NCBI GenBank assembly: GCA_003971905.1
Contig: RSEE01000031.1
Coordinates: 186,001-250,000, forward strand
Direction of reading: 5' to 3'
Source: Moniliella sp. 'wahieum'
Taxonomy: Eukaryota
Length of the DNA: 64,000 nucleotides
The stretch's first letter is position 1, and each line of letters opens with the position of its first letter. Shown here piece after piece: positions 1-13,390 of this stretch. A program made the translations under genes and the position numbers. The notes beneath the pieces are model-generated. The model saw only the letters and a program-made list of their open reading frames with translations. It did no database searches and was not told the DNA's origin.

Positions 1-234
1 CTCTAACTAACGAACAGGATCGTCTATAGCTTATCAAAGCTCTCCTTGGCTGAGCGGTCTATATGCGCACCGAAGAGAAAGAGGAGCAGCCTGACGGATC
101 CATACTCAAACGCAAACGTGGAGAAGTGGAGAGGGTGAAGGGGAAAGGGGGGGGGGATATGAACGAAATGGGAGAACCCTAGAGGACCTAGCCGCCCCAT
201 TCTTCTCGTAAAGTAGGCTGGGCAAACACCGCAA

Positions 235-1653
235 TCAGACCCGAATCCGGTGCACGTCGCGGTCGTCCGTGACGCTGACGCCCGTGTCCGAGTGGAACGG
301 CCGCTCGGCTGCCGGGGTGATGCGAGCACCATGACGACGGTCTTGACCGCGCGTGTCAGCGACCGGGGTGTGGGTAGTGATCCGGTTGTCCCACGCCACG
401 ACTGCGCCCGGGCCCCAGCGCACCCGAACCTGCGCATCGACGGCATCCGCATTCAACTTGAACAGCGTGTTGAGCACCGAGTCGCTCTCTTCCCGTTTGA
501 GAGACGGGATGCGTGGTAAACCCGTGGTTGACAAACAAGGCGCGTTCGCCCGTGACGGGGTGGGTGCGAACGACAGGATGAATGTGGGCGACAGGGGGGG
601 CGCTTGACCACGGCCTTACCGGCCGCCTCAGAGACTTGGCTCTGCTCAAAGCCCGAGTGCTCAGCATAGAGTGTCTCGATAAACGCACGGTAGGCCGGCG
701 AGAGACGCCGGAGCGTTTCGCGCTGGTCGGAGAACAGTGTGTCGCCGCCCGTTTGGGGTGTGTCAAAGAGGAAGAGGAACGTGGTGCCGGGCGGGTTGGC
801 TTCAAACGATACATCGAGTGCCACACGGTCGGCACAAAGTCTTGCGTGTGCTCATAATTGTTGACTTCAATCCCGGGACTCTTGTAGACCAGGTGAAATT
901 CATTGTGCCCCTTGGGCTGGCCACTGACTTGGTGCGCATGCAGACGAGGGCTAAAGTGCCTGCCAAACCGCTTGAATTCCTCAGGCCCTTGGTCGATAAA
1001 GTCTTGGTTGCCATGGAAGACGACCACGCCCCGCTGCGCAACGTACAGTCCCACTGGTCCAGTTCGTCCGGAGTAAGCTTGGTCAAGTCGACGCCTTGCA
1101 CGCTCGACCCAAACCGGGGCGTCAAGTCGTCCACCTCCGCATTATCGAGGAACGAGAGCGGGTTGGCATGCTGCAACGCACGGTGGCCTACATCGACGCT
1201 AAAAAGAAGGCGAAACAATTTAACTGTCAGAACCCACAGTGGAGCACACGAGAAAGGACACGGAGGATCAACATACTGCTCCAAAGGCTCCAGGTGGGGG
1301 TCCTTGAAAAGCTTGTGCTTGTACCGCTCGTCAAACCAGGGCAGTGCCCACTTGTACTTGTAGTCGTCTCCAACGGCATCCAGGTCCAGGGGGGGCTTCT
1401 CCTGCGCAATCTTGCCCAAGCGCTCAAGTTCAGCGTGGTAGGCCGCACGCGACTCGGGCAACAACGAGTCCAGGTCAGGCAGGGGTGCCTTGGTGTCGGG
1501 GTACTTGGCGTGGGCCTCCTTGTCGGCCTGCGACGGACGGGGGGCGTTGGGCCCAGGCACGGGTGCAACGTAGTCAGGCAGAACAGCCTTCTTGACGGCA
1601 GCTACCGCGGGGGGTGCTTGAGTCGGTTGGGAAGCAACAGCGACGGGAGCCAT
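235..1653 (-). CDS. TauD/TfdA-family alpha-ketoglutarate-dependent (sulfonate/taurine) dioxygenase, Jlp1-like
   Basis: Stitched ORFs 802..1653, 356..1054, 453..824 and 235..534 give TPRFGSSVQGVDL, VAQRGVVVF, WH(S)DVSFEANPPG (HxD), TGGDTLF, HPVVRTHPVTGERALFVN, WDNRITTH and RHGARIT. Intron 1199..1276 (GTATGT...CTGAC...TAG) restores EHVD. Several 1-bp frameshifts; 3' end approximate. Confidence 0.9.
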
Positions 1654-2784
1654 TATGGTGAGGGTGGGGGACAGAAAGGGCCAAGTGTGCGGGTGTGGGG
1701 ACAGAAGAAAAAGGCAGACGCATGGCGAATGGGAGGGTATTTATAGAGAGGTACGGGAATGCCCGGGGAATGAGAAAGCGCGAAGAGAGACACGGCGGAT
1801 GAGTGCGGGGAGCGGGGGGGGGCGCTGAGAGTGAGTGCGAGAGGGTATTGTGGTGCCGCACGCACTGTACTTGGTACTGATGCTGTGCGATGCAGCAGGC
1901 CGTTCCCAAGGCTCCCGCTATAGTAGCTAGTGAGTGCTCAGCCACGGCCTCAGCGCGGCTGGCGGCGACACAAGGCAGCAGCCCTGCCGCCTGCCACTCG
2001 GAGTGTACACGGCGAGAGGTGGAGAGGTCGCGTGCGTATTAGTCGAGGACCCAACGTACTCAACCGGCCTTGTGGCGACGTGCTGGGCTGGGTGGGCGCG
2101 ATGGGCAAGCACGTCAGCCGCCGGATCTCTTCAGAGCCGGTCCTGTGTCCACTATTACTATTCGTACTAGGCGGGCGGCTCCAATATACCAGCACGGGAG
2201 GAAGGGTCTGCCAACGATATTATAAGCGTGCGACCTGCGAGGCGATGGCGTAATCTTATCGATATCATGTCGAGATTATCTCGCCCTCCCACGGTCACCG
2301 GGGGGGAAGTCACCGGTCACTCCACGACCAGACCCGCCCTCTGTCGCCTATCTTTTTGGTACCAATCGATCATCATCCATCCATCACGCGCAGCGGGCAG
2401 CTGTCCCGTCCATCTCGTCCTGTCTCTCCCCCGCACGGACATAGTATACGCCCGACTGTCACGAAAGTACACCATCGACAACAACAGCCAGCCTTGCACA
2501 TTTTCTCCTTTCTGAGACGATGTTCCTCCTTTCCTGCCTATATGGAGAGCGTCTCGACGTCATCAATACTGACTACCCTTCTTGCCCCATCATCCCCAGG
2601 CCCATGCTTATCGAAAGGAGGACATTTCAACGCGTTGCAGAGGGCGTTAACAGGGATCGGACTAAAGGAGAAGATGCGATTCATCAGGGTGGGCAGGAGG
2701 GAAAGGAGGACACGGCACCAATCAACCCGTGGTGAGGGACTTTCGTTGGTGCGGAAAAGAACGCAGAGGACAGAGCCAAGCAGC

Positions 2785-4093
2785 TTAGGTACTTGCCGAA
2801 GGGGTCTCCTTGGGGGCAGGTGTAGAGCCAGAACCTGAGCTTGGGGCCGCCTTGCGCTGGTTGAGCACATTCTTGAGGAAAAACTCACCGGCCTTGTACG
2901 AGGAACGGACAAGCGGCCCCGAGGCGACATAGAGGAAGCCCATGCTCTCGGCCAACTTTTGCCAGTGCTCAAACTTCTCCGGTGGGACGTACTCGGAGAC
3001 CTTCATGTGTCGCTTGGTGGGACGCATGTACTGGCCAAAGGTCACTACATCCACATTGTGCTCCCGCAAGTCGCGCAGCGTCTGCTCAACCTCAGGGTCG
3101 GTCTCGCCGCACCCCAGCATCAACGAGGTTTGGTGATCAAGCTCGGCTGAACCCGCTTGGCCTCAGCCAGTGCCTCGAGCGACTGGCTGGTAGTGCGCGC
3201 GACGATCCCGCACAAAGGGTGTGGTGCGCTCAACCGTTTCAAGGTTGTGTGCATACACGTCCAGCCCAGAGCGAGCCACACGAACAATCTCCTCCTTGGA
3301 TCCACTAAAGTCGGGACGAGGGCCTCAACCAGCGTCTTGGGCGCCCGCGCCTTGATTTCCTGGATGGTCGAAGCAATGTGCTTGGCCCCACCATCGGCAA
3401 GGTCGTCCCGGTCGACCGAGGTAAGCACAATGTAACCCAGGCCCCAGCGGCGGATGGCCTCGGCGGTGCGTACGGGTTCCTCCGGGTCCAGCGCTTTGGG
3501 CGTCCTGCTCGTCTTGACAGAGCAGAGAAACGACATGCGCGCGTACACGTGTCGCCCATCAACATGATGGTCGCCGTCGCTGCTTCTTTGCCACCCGAGC
3601 CACCCCAGCACTCACCAATGTTGGGGCAGCGAGCCTCCTCGCACACGGTCGCCAATCCCAACCCACGAACATCCTTCTTGATCCGACGGAAGTCTTCGCC
3701 TTGCGGAATGGGCGTCTTAAGGTAGCGCGGCAACCGCGTTTCGCCCAGCCGGCCGTACTGCACGCGCCCCTCCGCAGTTTCTGTGGCGGGAGCGCCGCCT
3801 CGGCTGCGGCAGCGTGAGCAAACCCTTCGAGATCACTCTGAGCATCACGAGCCAAGGCCTGGCGGAAGGCGAGCATGCGTGCGGAGGGAGCACGAGGGGC
3901 CGCAGCGGAGCCAGAGGCAGGGGTTGGGCGCATCGGGGCTGGCGGGCGTGGCTGAGGCCGCCGCAGTCGCTGTGGACAGCTGCCTCGGATGCGGTGGCCA
4001 GCGCACGGAACGAGCCGAGGGAAGCAGCCAGGTTGCGTGCCGTGGGGGCAGCAGGAGCGCGGACCCACGCGTGGCCGAGAAGAGAGCAGCCAT
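2785..4093 (-). CDS. LIP5: Mitochondrial lipoyl synthase (radical SAM)
   Basis: [12 protein letters not shown] (CX4CX5C), CTRACRF(C) radical-SAM motif, [25 protein letters not shown] and [12 protein letters not shown], across frameshifted ORFs. Basic presequence-like N-terminus from ATG 4093 ([10 protein letters not shown]). Confidence 0.95.
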
Positions 4094-5308
4094 GGGAAGC
4101 GGAAGCAGGGCAGCGGTGGTCGGCTGTGCGCAGACAAGCCAGCCAGCAAGCGAACGTCGCCGGCCGACTACGCCCACCACTGAACAAATATATAGATCGG
4201 TGCAATGCCGCTGACCAATCTCCGCTCCCCGCGCGGAACGGCAGGTGGATCCTGACTGCCCCAGTACAGGGCGGGTTTTTTGGGTTGGTTCCTCCCAACC
4301 TTACATGTCCCAGCTGTGTGTTCCTCCGTCTCGGAGCGGCAGGGTGGCTCATTCGGTCGACCAGGCCCGTGCTTCTCAGGCCGCCTCAGCGCCCCCAGGC
4401 TATAGGTGTGGATCGCACGCACACGCACCCTCTCGGTCTCTCTGTTGTCGTTATGCTCGGCATCCAGTGTACAAAGCATCTGAGATTGATGCTGCATGTT
4501 GAGATCGACCCTCTCATCATCTCAGGTGAGACGCGGCACCGTGGCGTAGGGGGGGAAGGCGTTTGGCCAGGATTATAGCGCGATAGCGGCCATCTGACTT
4601 GCGAGGAACGAGTCGAACCCAAATAGGACATCTTGGGCCCCGCTCGACTTGAAAGCGGGAAAGCGCAGTTCTTCATTCGTCCTTCGCCCGGCAAGCGAGG
4701 CGTGAAACTCTGAGGAAAGCCAATGGAGGCGCAAGCATCACGGTTACACGCGTTTTTGAGGAAAGATCCTTGGGTTTGTCCCTGGCCCGGATGCAAGTGG
4801 ACCACCGTTCACATGTCTCCATGCACCCACATGTATGCACACATGTCTCCCCGACAGCCCTCGCCCTACTGCTTCAGAAGGCACCGATATCGCCGTCTTC
4901 GTCCGCCACTCTCTTGGATCGATCTCGACGCTGCCGGAGGACAGGGGGAAATGAGGGACGAGCAGCAGAAGAAGTTGCGACGGCCGTGGGACGAGATAAC
5001 CCCCTAACTTTGCTGCCTCTGCATCGCTCCACAAGATGACCCGCCGGACTTCGATATTCGCGCCGAGATGAGGTCGTTGGGCTCTCCGATGGCCGCCAAA
5101 CCGTCAATAAGTGGACGCTTCGCTTGTACGCGACGGGTGAACATGGCCGATCGCCTGATCGGTGATCCCACAGCAAGCTTGATATTCCGCACGCGGGGTG
5201 CCTCATTCCGCCCGCCCCGCCCGGTAGCCACACAGCCGGACACGCACAGCCTTAGGCGCGCAGCCTGAGCGTCGTCTCCGCTTCGTTCTCTCCCACCATC
5301 TCGACGTC

Positions 5309-7042
5309 ATGGCTGGCTCACGCCGTGCGTGGGTTGGGTGCTCGCTCGAGCTGCATCCTTACCACCTGCTCTACGTGGCCGTTGTAGCTACGCTTGTTCT
5401 CGCTGGCTCGCTCTGGTCCTGGGTCTTTGACTCCAACCACTATCACCTCCGTCTCGCCCCGCTCGACGACCTTGATCTACTCCACCTCGCCTCCTCCCTC
5501 CCCCACTTCCCACAGCCGCTTCCTCCCCCGCCCCATGTTCGCTCAGAAAGACAACATTTTCAACACACATTTTGTCAAGCTCGGCTGGGCCTGGAATTTG
5601 ACTCTTTGGGCCGTCCAGTTCCTACTTCTCCGCACTACTTACAACCTAGCACTCAAAGAACGCGACCTGCGTCGGAAGCGCAGGCTCGACAAACTCATCC
5701 GCCACAACTACCGTAACCTGCGTCGCCAGTTCGAGGCTGAGAACAACTCGGCCGACACAACGCTCGACGACCCACTCAACAATCCCGCCCATCGTACTCA
5801 TGCCTCCTCATCTGTCGTCCAGCTGCAGCCGGATCTATCCAACGTCACCAGCGTTTCCCCACGCCGGCGCCAATTGCAGCCACAACAACAGGAGCTGCTT
5901 TTGAAGCAGGCCCAGTCGCTGCTTCACAAGGAACGTGAACGGGAACGCAGTCAAGGTCTCCAACTCCTTACTGCCCCCTTCCGTGCCTCGATTGTACGCT
6001 TGGTGGTGGCTACTCTTTGCTGGTGTACGTCCCCCACTCCATCCGTTTTACTTATATGTGCCAACTCATCCTTATTCTTCACTAGTCATCTTCACCTCAT
6101 GGTTTTTTGGCCCGCAATCATGGTGCGTGTGTACAAATGGTCGGGCGGTCGTTGCATGCCCATTTTGCCCGTTTCCACATCCGCTTTGCTCTATACGCCC
6201 AGCTTCAAACTCGCTCTTCAGCAGGCGGTGGATCCCTCCTACTGTATTGATCCCCGCAAGCTCATCACTCAGGAGAGCCATCCCCAGTTTTTCCAAGAAG
6301 GCGACCGGATCGCCGCGCGTGTCGCTGCAGGAGGAGGCATGCCTGCTCAGTGTGCGTACTACCTTTACTAAAGAGCGTGCATATTCATCCTATGACTTAC
6401 TAACTGTGTTTTCTTTGCGTTGGCAGGGAAAGGTGGGCATGACGTTTCTGGGCATACCTTCCTGCTTGTGCTTTCCATTCTGTGGCTTTTGGAAGAGGTT
6501 ACTCCATTTTTGCCGTATGTGCTTTCATGGTTGGAGGAGCTGTACCCAAGCAGGACATGGTGGCCCGCCAACCCATTTCATCCGTTTAGTTACGCATCCC
6601 ATGCACTCGGCCTCACGCCTGCCTCTCCCGCATCAAGCCGTACATCCCCACCCAGCGGCCCGGTGTACCCTCCGTTCCATCAGCCTCAAATCCAAATCTC
6701 CTCGCCCGACCTCGCTGCAGTGACAGTTAGGACCGGGTCCCGCTCCAGCTCGCCCCCTTTGCATGGCGACTCGACCTGGGGGGGAGGGGGGCGGGCTACC
6801 CACCAAGCAGTAATGGGGCCGGTCCTGCTGCTGCTGGCCTGCCGGCAGAATTTGTTCCGATCCTCGTTTCGCCTGCGGTGCACATGCTCGCTCTGGCACT
6901 TGTGCTGTCCTTGGTTGGGTTGTGGATGTGGATGCTGCTTATGACGCAGATCTTTTTCCACACCACCAAGGAGAAGTTGTCGGGGCTTGGGTTTGGACTG
7001 GCGGCATGGTTGGTGGTGCGGTTCCTAACGCCCAAGACGTAG
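5309..7042 (+). CDS. SCS3: Scs3/FIT2-family ER membrane protein (fat-storage-inducing transmembrane protein / acyl-CoA diphosphatase)
   Basis: FAQKDNIFNTHFVKLGWAW, GGHDVSGHTFLLVLS and C-terminal FHTTKEKLSGLGFG motifs. Probable introns about 6024..6085 and 6352..6426 (the latter has TACTAAC). Stop TAG at 7040-7042. Confidence 0.85.
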
Positions 7043-7892
7043 TGTGGCTCGCCTCCCAAAAATCCCTATTTCAGCACTCTTTGGGGACCGCCTCTCCCCC
7101 CTTCCATCTCTCTTATCCTGCCATCGCTATCCTGCCATCCCACCGGCCCATCCCCCGCTCCAGTTACCAATTCCCTGTTCTCCCATCTATCCATGGACCC
7201 ATTATTCCCATCTGCTTTGTGGCGCTTGCCAACCGCGTGTTGAATGTCGGCTCTACTTGTGCATGTGCACGAGCAGGGCAGAGACGGATGCTTGGTGCTG
7301 TAACCCCGCCTCACTCACCCTCAGCGTCTTCGTTGGCGGTAAATTCGCTCTGCCTGCAGGGACGTCATCTGCAGCCCTAGAATACGGTGCTGGCGTATGG
7401 CTAGTCAGACGAACGCTTTGCTCGATGGTAGCTCTTTTGCCGTTTCTCTCAATCCCGGCATGGCCATTATCACGTTGCTGCTACTGGGCGAATAATGAGC
7501 TCGAGGCGGCCCAGGGGGCGAATTTAGCGGCCCAGGGGCTTGACGACTACCGATTATTGATCATCGATCACCAGTCACTGATTCGATCATCAATCATCAA
7601 TGAAACATTGAATAGTTGCAGGTCAGCCTAGCGCCCAGCTATTCAGCGGTCACGTGCTCAGGGTTACGTGATGGAGGTAGCAAAATTGGGATGGGAAGGA
7701 AAGTTGTCAACCCTAGCGCCGGATGCATCAAATGCAGCTGCTGCTGCGGCAAGTGATACTGCCCCTGTGAAGATTTAATGCAACCCTGCTGTTCCCACGC
7801 CTTTCGGCAGCCTGTCGCTGCTTATTCTGGTCCCGCGCTTGTGGTAGCCTGGGAGGCCTGGTCCAACTCCACCAAGAACAGACGCTGGCAAG

Positions 7893-7959
7893 GTATGTGC
7901 GCTTGGCGCTCGTGACCGTGACGGTCAACTAACCTAATCCAATCCCTCCGCATCCTCAG
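7893..7959 (+). other. 5'-UTR spliceosomal intron ending directly at the RPS4 start codon
   Basis: AAG|GTATGT donor, ACTAAC branch point, pyrimidine-rich tract and CAG|ATG acceptor; 67 nt. Confidence 0.8.
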
Positions 7960-8748
7960 ATGGTCCGTGGTCCTCGCAAGCACCTTAAGCGCCTCGCAGC
8001 GCCCTCGAGCTGGATGCTCGACAAGCTCGGCGGTGTCTACGCGCCTCGTCCCAGCACCGGCCCCCACAAGCTGCGCGAGAGCTTGCCGATGGTCGTGCTT
8101 CTGCGCAACCGGTTGAAGTATGCGCTCAACGGGCGTGAGGTCAACACCATTGTCCAGCAGCGCCTCATCAAGGTTGACAACAAGGTCCGCACCGACATTA
8201 CCTACCCCACGGGCTTCATGGACGTGATCAGCATTGAGAAGTCGGGCGAGTACTTCCGTATTCTGTACGACGTCAAGGGCCGCTTTGTTGTCCACCGTAT
8301 CGCCCCTGAGGAGGCTGCTTACAAGCTTCTTAAGGTGAAGCGTGCGGAGCTTGGCCCTCGTGGTGTGCCCCACATTGTCACCCACGACGGCCGGACCATT
8401 CGCTACCCCGACCCGGACGTTAAGGCTGGCGACTCGATCAAGTTCAACTTAGTCGAGAACAAGCTGGAGGAGATTGTCAAGTTCCAGCAGGGCCCTCGGT
8501 CATGGCTACTGGCGGCCGTAACCAGGGCCGTGTGGGTGTGATTATCGGCCGTGACTCGCACCCGGTGGCTTTGACATTGTCCACGTTCGTGACCCCATTG
8601 GCCGCGAATTCTCCACCCGGATCGGCAACATCTTTATCACTGGTAACGATGGCCAACACCTGATCTCTCTCCCCGTGGCGGTGGCATTAAGCTTACCATT
8701 ACCGAGGAGCGTGACCAGCGCCGTGCCCAGCGCGAGGCGGCCAACTAA
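7960..8748 (+). CDS. RPS4: 40S ribosomal protein S4 (eS4)
   Basis: [25 protein letters not shown]...RNRLKYAL...[13 protein letters not shown]. The C-terminus ([28 protein letters not shown]) is recovered after three 1-bp deletions near 8493, 8562 and 8673. Confidence 0.97.
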
Positions 8749-9127
8749 GCTGCCCGTCCTTGGTGCCTTGGGGATGAAGTAGTTGCTTGGACGGCTCATG
8801 ATACCATGTGCCTTTCCTTGTCACGCAGTCAGACAATTCTTATCGCTGGCTCCTTCGTTCCTCTGGAGTGGGCGCATGCACTCCTCCCCAAAACGCTGTT
8901 TCTTTCTATGTGCCGTTCCCTTTGCTCATTCCTGCGGCTTCTGGTGCGACAACCAGCCTACTGGGCCCATGAAAAAAATGGTCATTCCGCCCTAAGGTGT
9001 TTGTGCTCTCTGTGCACGTGCTCTTCATAGCCGAACTGGACTCGAAGAGGGATCAATGCCCGTGAGCGACGCCAGTGCGACAGTGTTAGATTTTGGACGA
9101 GCCGGTAGTGTCTGGACGCCACAGAGA

Positions 9128-12100
9128 CTAAGTGGGATTGAGCCAACTAGTTTCATCGGCCCAGGACCAAGTGTTGGTAAACCATCTGGGAGAATCAAAC
9201 CCGAGTCAGTTGGCCAATTGGATGAAGTATGTGCTGCAGAAGAACTTACCCGGCTCCCACAGCGCCGGCATTGCCCGCCCAGTCGGCTTTGGGACCGACA
9301 ACGACCCACTCAGGGACGGTGACGCCGGTGCGACGAGGCAGCAACTGCGCGCCGCGCTCCAAACTGGCGAGATCGGTGGGTGCGAGAATCAAGAGTCCCG
9401 TGGCTGCTGCCACGTTAGCCCCAGGCCAAAGGTGTGGGCCAGCGTGCCGATGATTCCTCGCTGTCTCGTCTTGGTCCTGAATGGCACCCAGCCCCACACG
9501 TTCGCACGCACCCTGCTGGGGGTAGGCACGGCATGAGGCAACCGTCAAGGGATGTGGTTGGAGCGCAAGTAAAGCCAAGCTACGTTCCTGCGTGGGCAAA
9601 TGGTGGGGCCCGATGCGCCAGTCGGAGGAGTTGGTGAGATCAACTGGCGTAAAGATGGTCAGTTCAAGGACATGGCCAGTACGCAAGCAGAAAATGAACG
9701 TACACATGCTTCCATGTAATAAAGCAGCCGCCAACCAGTTGTCCTCGGCACCACCAAGAATCAGGACATTGCCTAACGAGATGTGACCGTAAGAGCGAGA
9801 TTCGTTCCACGGGGGCAAACCTTGCTGCTCCCTCCACGGATCAACCAAGGGGGCAAACTGCGGGTCAGTGTCAGTGACCACCTCTACATCTGTTGCTAGC
9901 AACACCCGCACATCCGCTGCCCAACGACGGGCCACTGCAGCATACGCTTCCCTTCGATCCTTATCCATGGTCCGTCGGGGAAGGACGACTTGGATAGGCC
10001 CTGCGGACCGGAGGAAAGCCAACATGGGCCCGCCAGTCCGGGTCCAAACGACGGGCTCGTGTTGCTCCATAGAAGAAGAGATCCCAACGGGAATCCAACC
10101 TGACGTGGGAATTTTCCCCTGATCCCCCTTCCATACACCCTGTACGGAGACAGGACCTGGGGATATATACTGTACTTGCTTGCCAATATGTCCGTCAGAG
10201 GACAGCTGCTCTCCATTGATGTGGATTGCCATCGACTTGCACCCGTAAGGCAGAACCTCCATACTCCTGTACCCAATGCTCACCACGTTGCTTGACTGCA
10301 CCGTATGATAGAGAGCACAATGGGTAACCAAAGGCGAAGCCTCACCTGAGCAAGGAGACCCAGGCTGGACAGGACATGTGTCCTGCTCCAACCGGGTGTC
10401 CATCCAGGGCCCAAGAGGTCGATTTGATTCAGGGACGGCTTTGCTATCATTGCCTTGCTTGAACATGGCGCTTCGGACCAGCCGAGTGTGTACTTGGATC
10501 TGGGCCACCTCTCCAGGCACTTTGGCTCGCAAGATTGTCCACCCATCCTTGCTGGATCTACCATGAAGGATGTGCGCAGTCAAAACCGTCTCATGGGTCC
10601 AAGTAGTGGGCTGTGTATGCTCATCCCCATCTGAGCCACCTAGCTGCAACGGCTCGGCCGTCATCGTACGCAGCGGTCGCCAGCACCCCGCCCCTTCCAT
10701 CCCGTGGCTGCGTTCACTGTAGCGCCGGTCCAGTTGCGATGCAAGGAATTCTTGGACGTCCGATTCTTGAAGAATGTCGTCCCAGTAGTGGCCACGGCCT
10801 GGAATGCGATGTTGGCTGGACAAGATAATGGTTAACTTCCCATCAGCTTAAAAGAAGATCACGCACTTGGTTCGGTTCCATGGACAGTGAGTTTGGGCAT
10901 TCCAGCTCCGGAGTGCGCCAAAGAGTTCATTTGAATGGTAGGCGGGGACATTATCGTCGTGGTCTCCGACCTTGAACAGGACATGAAGGCCAGCCAAGTT
11001 AGAAAGTTCCTTGTCGTTCGCCACCGCGTCGAGTGCACTAAGGAGAATGCCCTCCTTCCGTCCCCGACAGAGGGCCAATGGCGTGAAGCGGACCACGTGC
11101 GAGCAACGTACTCTGTCAAGGTGACGTACCCGCTTGCCGCCACGGCCGAGGTGTAGTCGTCGGGATACTTGGTTAAAAGATGAACTGTACCTTGCCCACC
11201 ATTGCTGTGGCCCCCACGATAGCGCGGGTGGTGGTGATTCCATCCGGTGACCGTGTTCGGCCGCGCGCGAGGGCCAGCAGAAGGGGGCGTCATACCATAG
11301 AGATACTTGGCGTGTTCAGACACAGCATCTCGCGCTGCTTCAGCCGATGCCAATGTCCAGTCTAGGCCCCACGGAGTCAAACCCGAGGGGAAGATCGTCC
11401 AAGCGTTTTGCCGTCCCAGTGCGGCTGCCCAGGCGGGCGACTCGGCTCGCACCCCGCGCCGTGCAATGCAACCACTTCCTGATTCCCCGATGCGGCCCGT
11501 GTCCGAGGTGTGTGGCAGAGGCTAGAGCAAGACTTTGGCTCCGGAGTTTATGAGTAAATGCAAACCCACAGGGTTCATCTGGAGAGCAATCGGCCACCCC
11601 TGGACGGATATCCTGCTCTAACGAGAAGGTGAGCCAAGCACATTCACTCTGGTTCATCACCCTGGTCTGGGCATCCGAGACTTTGTTTCCCAAATGTGGA
11701 CAAACCAACAAACGCACTCCCAGAGGATCGTCCGAAGGCAGGGGCGTGTGCTGTTTGACTTCGATGACGACAAGGCGCATGTGTAGGCTGGACACGACGA
11801 GTGGGCCGAACGCGAGACTTAGATCAGGCATGCCATCCTCTTCCTCCCTCGCGCTGGGGACCATTTCCACAGCGCATACCATCACACTGTCCCCACCAGC
11901 GTTCAGGACTGGAATACCAAATCCGTACCCTGCGATCCAGCCGTCGATCACGCTAGGGACCAGCGCGGCCGGGCGAGTGGCGATAGCACGCACCATGCTC
12001 ACCCTGTGATCCACTTCGGAGACAGCTTGAACCTTGGCAATCCGGATGCGGACACGGATCTCTGGCGGGGCCCCGTGGCCACCAAACGGAGAGTCTGGGT

Positions 12101-13002
12101 CACCAAAGAGGCGATCTTCATAGATGGCTCGTACCAGCAATCGGTAGCGTCCAGGTTGTAGGGTGATCGCATGGGCCGACGCAAACGCTGCATCTGACAA
12201 CGACTCGTAAGCAGTGTGGGCATTCACTTTGTCTTCCTCGACAGAGGGAGGATGGTTGACAAGATCGATCCCACCGCCCACATCTCCCGCCGAGTACACG
12301 TCTGCTGTGTACCATCCAACACGCATCGGCTCCTCTGGATGTGCTGCGCCCAGACCCAGTCATCCTCAGGTACCAAGGCAAAGTAAGTAGCACGATCCAA
12401 GAGGAAGAGATAGGTGCCAGATGCATCAACCGATACGTTTGTTGCTGCCGATGCTTGCCACTGCAATGCAGCCCAGCCGACGGCGGCACGAACAGCCCTC
12501 CAAGGTGCATGAGGGTAAGCTACGCTCAGCGTATCGTCGACGAAGGGAGAAAACAGGTCCCTGGCCCAACTACGTGCCTATGCCCAAGACCACACTCTGC
12601 TGCAGGCGATGCACAGGAGGGCCGAGGGCGCGCACTCTTTACCCCTGTTGAGGTGGCCGTTATCTCGCAAGCCGCAATTAGGCCGTCCTGGGCCCAAGCA
12701 TACGCGCTTGGCACGCTCATCCGCATCGCGAGCAAAGCAGCCTCGTTGGCGAAGGCCAAAGCTGGATGGGCGCCCAGGGCGCTTCACGCATGCCAGCCGC
12801 CAGTGGTCCCAAAACGGTCCAGTTGGATCCAAGGAGAGCGGCCCCTCGACTGTGTCAGTGGACGAGGAGGGGACGGGGTAGCAGTAGAGATTGATGGAGG
12901 GGGCGCGATCGGCCACTGAGAGGGTGTAGCGCGCACCGCCTCTAGCGCCAGCCAGCCGGCCAGGACGAGGCGTCGGCATGCGCCGCGTGCCACGAAGCGC
13001 AT
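9128..13002 (-). CDS. Large uncharacterised secreted protein with an S9-like alpha/beta-hydrolase domain
   Basis: Signal-peptide-like start MRFVARGACRRLVLAGWLALEAVRA; LGPLAAGMREAPW; YRLLVRAIYEDRLFGDP; TPWGLDW; nucleophile elbow GHSNGGQG; GDHDDNVP. Final intron 9186..9249 (GTAAGT...CTGAC...CAG) is followed by GWFTNTWSWADETSWLNPT*. Many frameshifts. Confidence 0.7.
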
Positions 13003-13390
13003 AGTAGTCGATAGATGCGCCTCGCTCAATCTTGCTATCGCCGCAAGCGATCAGCGCCCGATGGTCGTGAATCTGGGTAGGAGATGTGACGGCTGCGTAT
13101 ATGAGGAGCGGCGTAGAGAGTCATCGATTCAAACACTGCGTATTAGTGTGGGGCCAGAGTGCTGGTCAGCTGACCTCAGCAGCTCAGCCTATTGACAGAG
13201 GGGGCTATGGATGTTTCCGGCCGGGCGTAGGCTAATGTTAATGGGCATGCTTTTAACCCCAAAAAACAAAGGCAGGGGAGATACAAGTACAGACGTTGTG
13301 CTCAGGCGATGGCGGCCAGGCCGTCGTTTTGGGGGAACGTTTGGAGGAAACAAGGGCCGAAGACTGGTTCAACAATGCGGATCCCCACAC

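Noticed and set aside
4995..5010. TAACCCCCTAAC as a telomerase RNA template or telomeric seed (also TAGGGTT at about 48402 and AACCCTA at about 7709)
   Set aside because: It does not match a 1.5x TTAGGG template exactly, and isolated heptamers are expected by chance or as promoter boxes.
7960..8748. RPS4 and other frameshifted genes as pseudogenes or programmed frameshifts
   Set aside because: The breaks are single-base deletions, often in homopolymers, spread over many essential genes with otherwise conserved sequence; sequencing error is far more likely.
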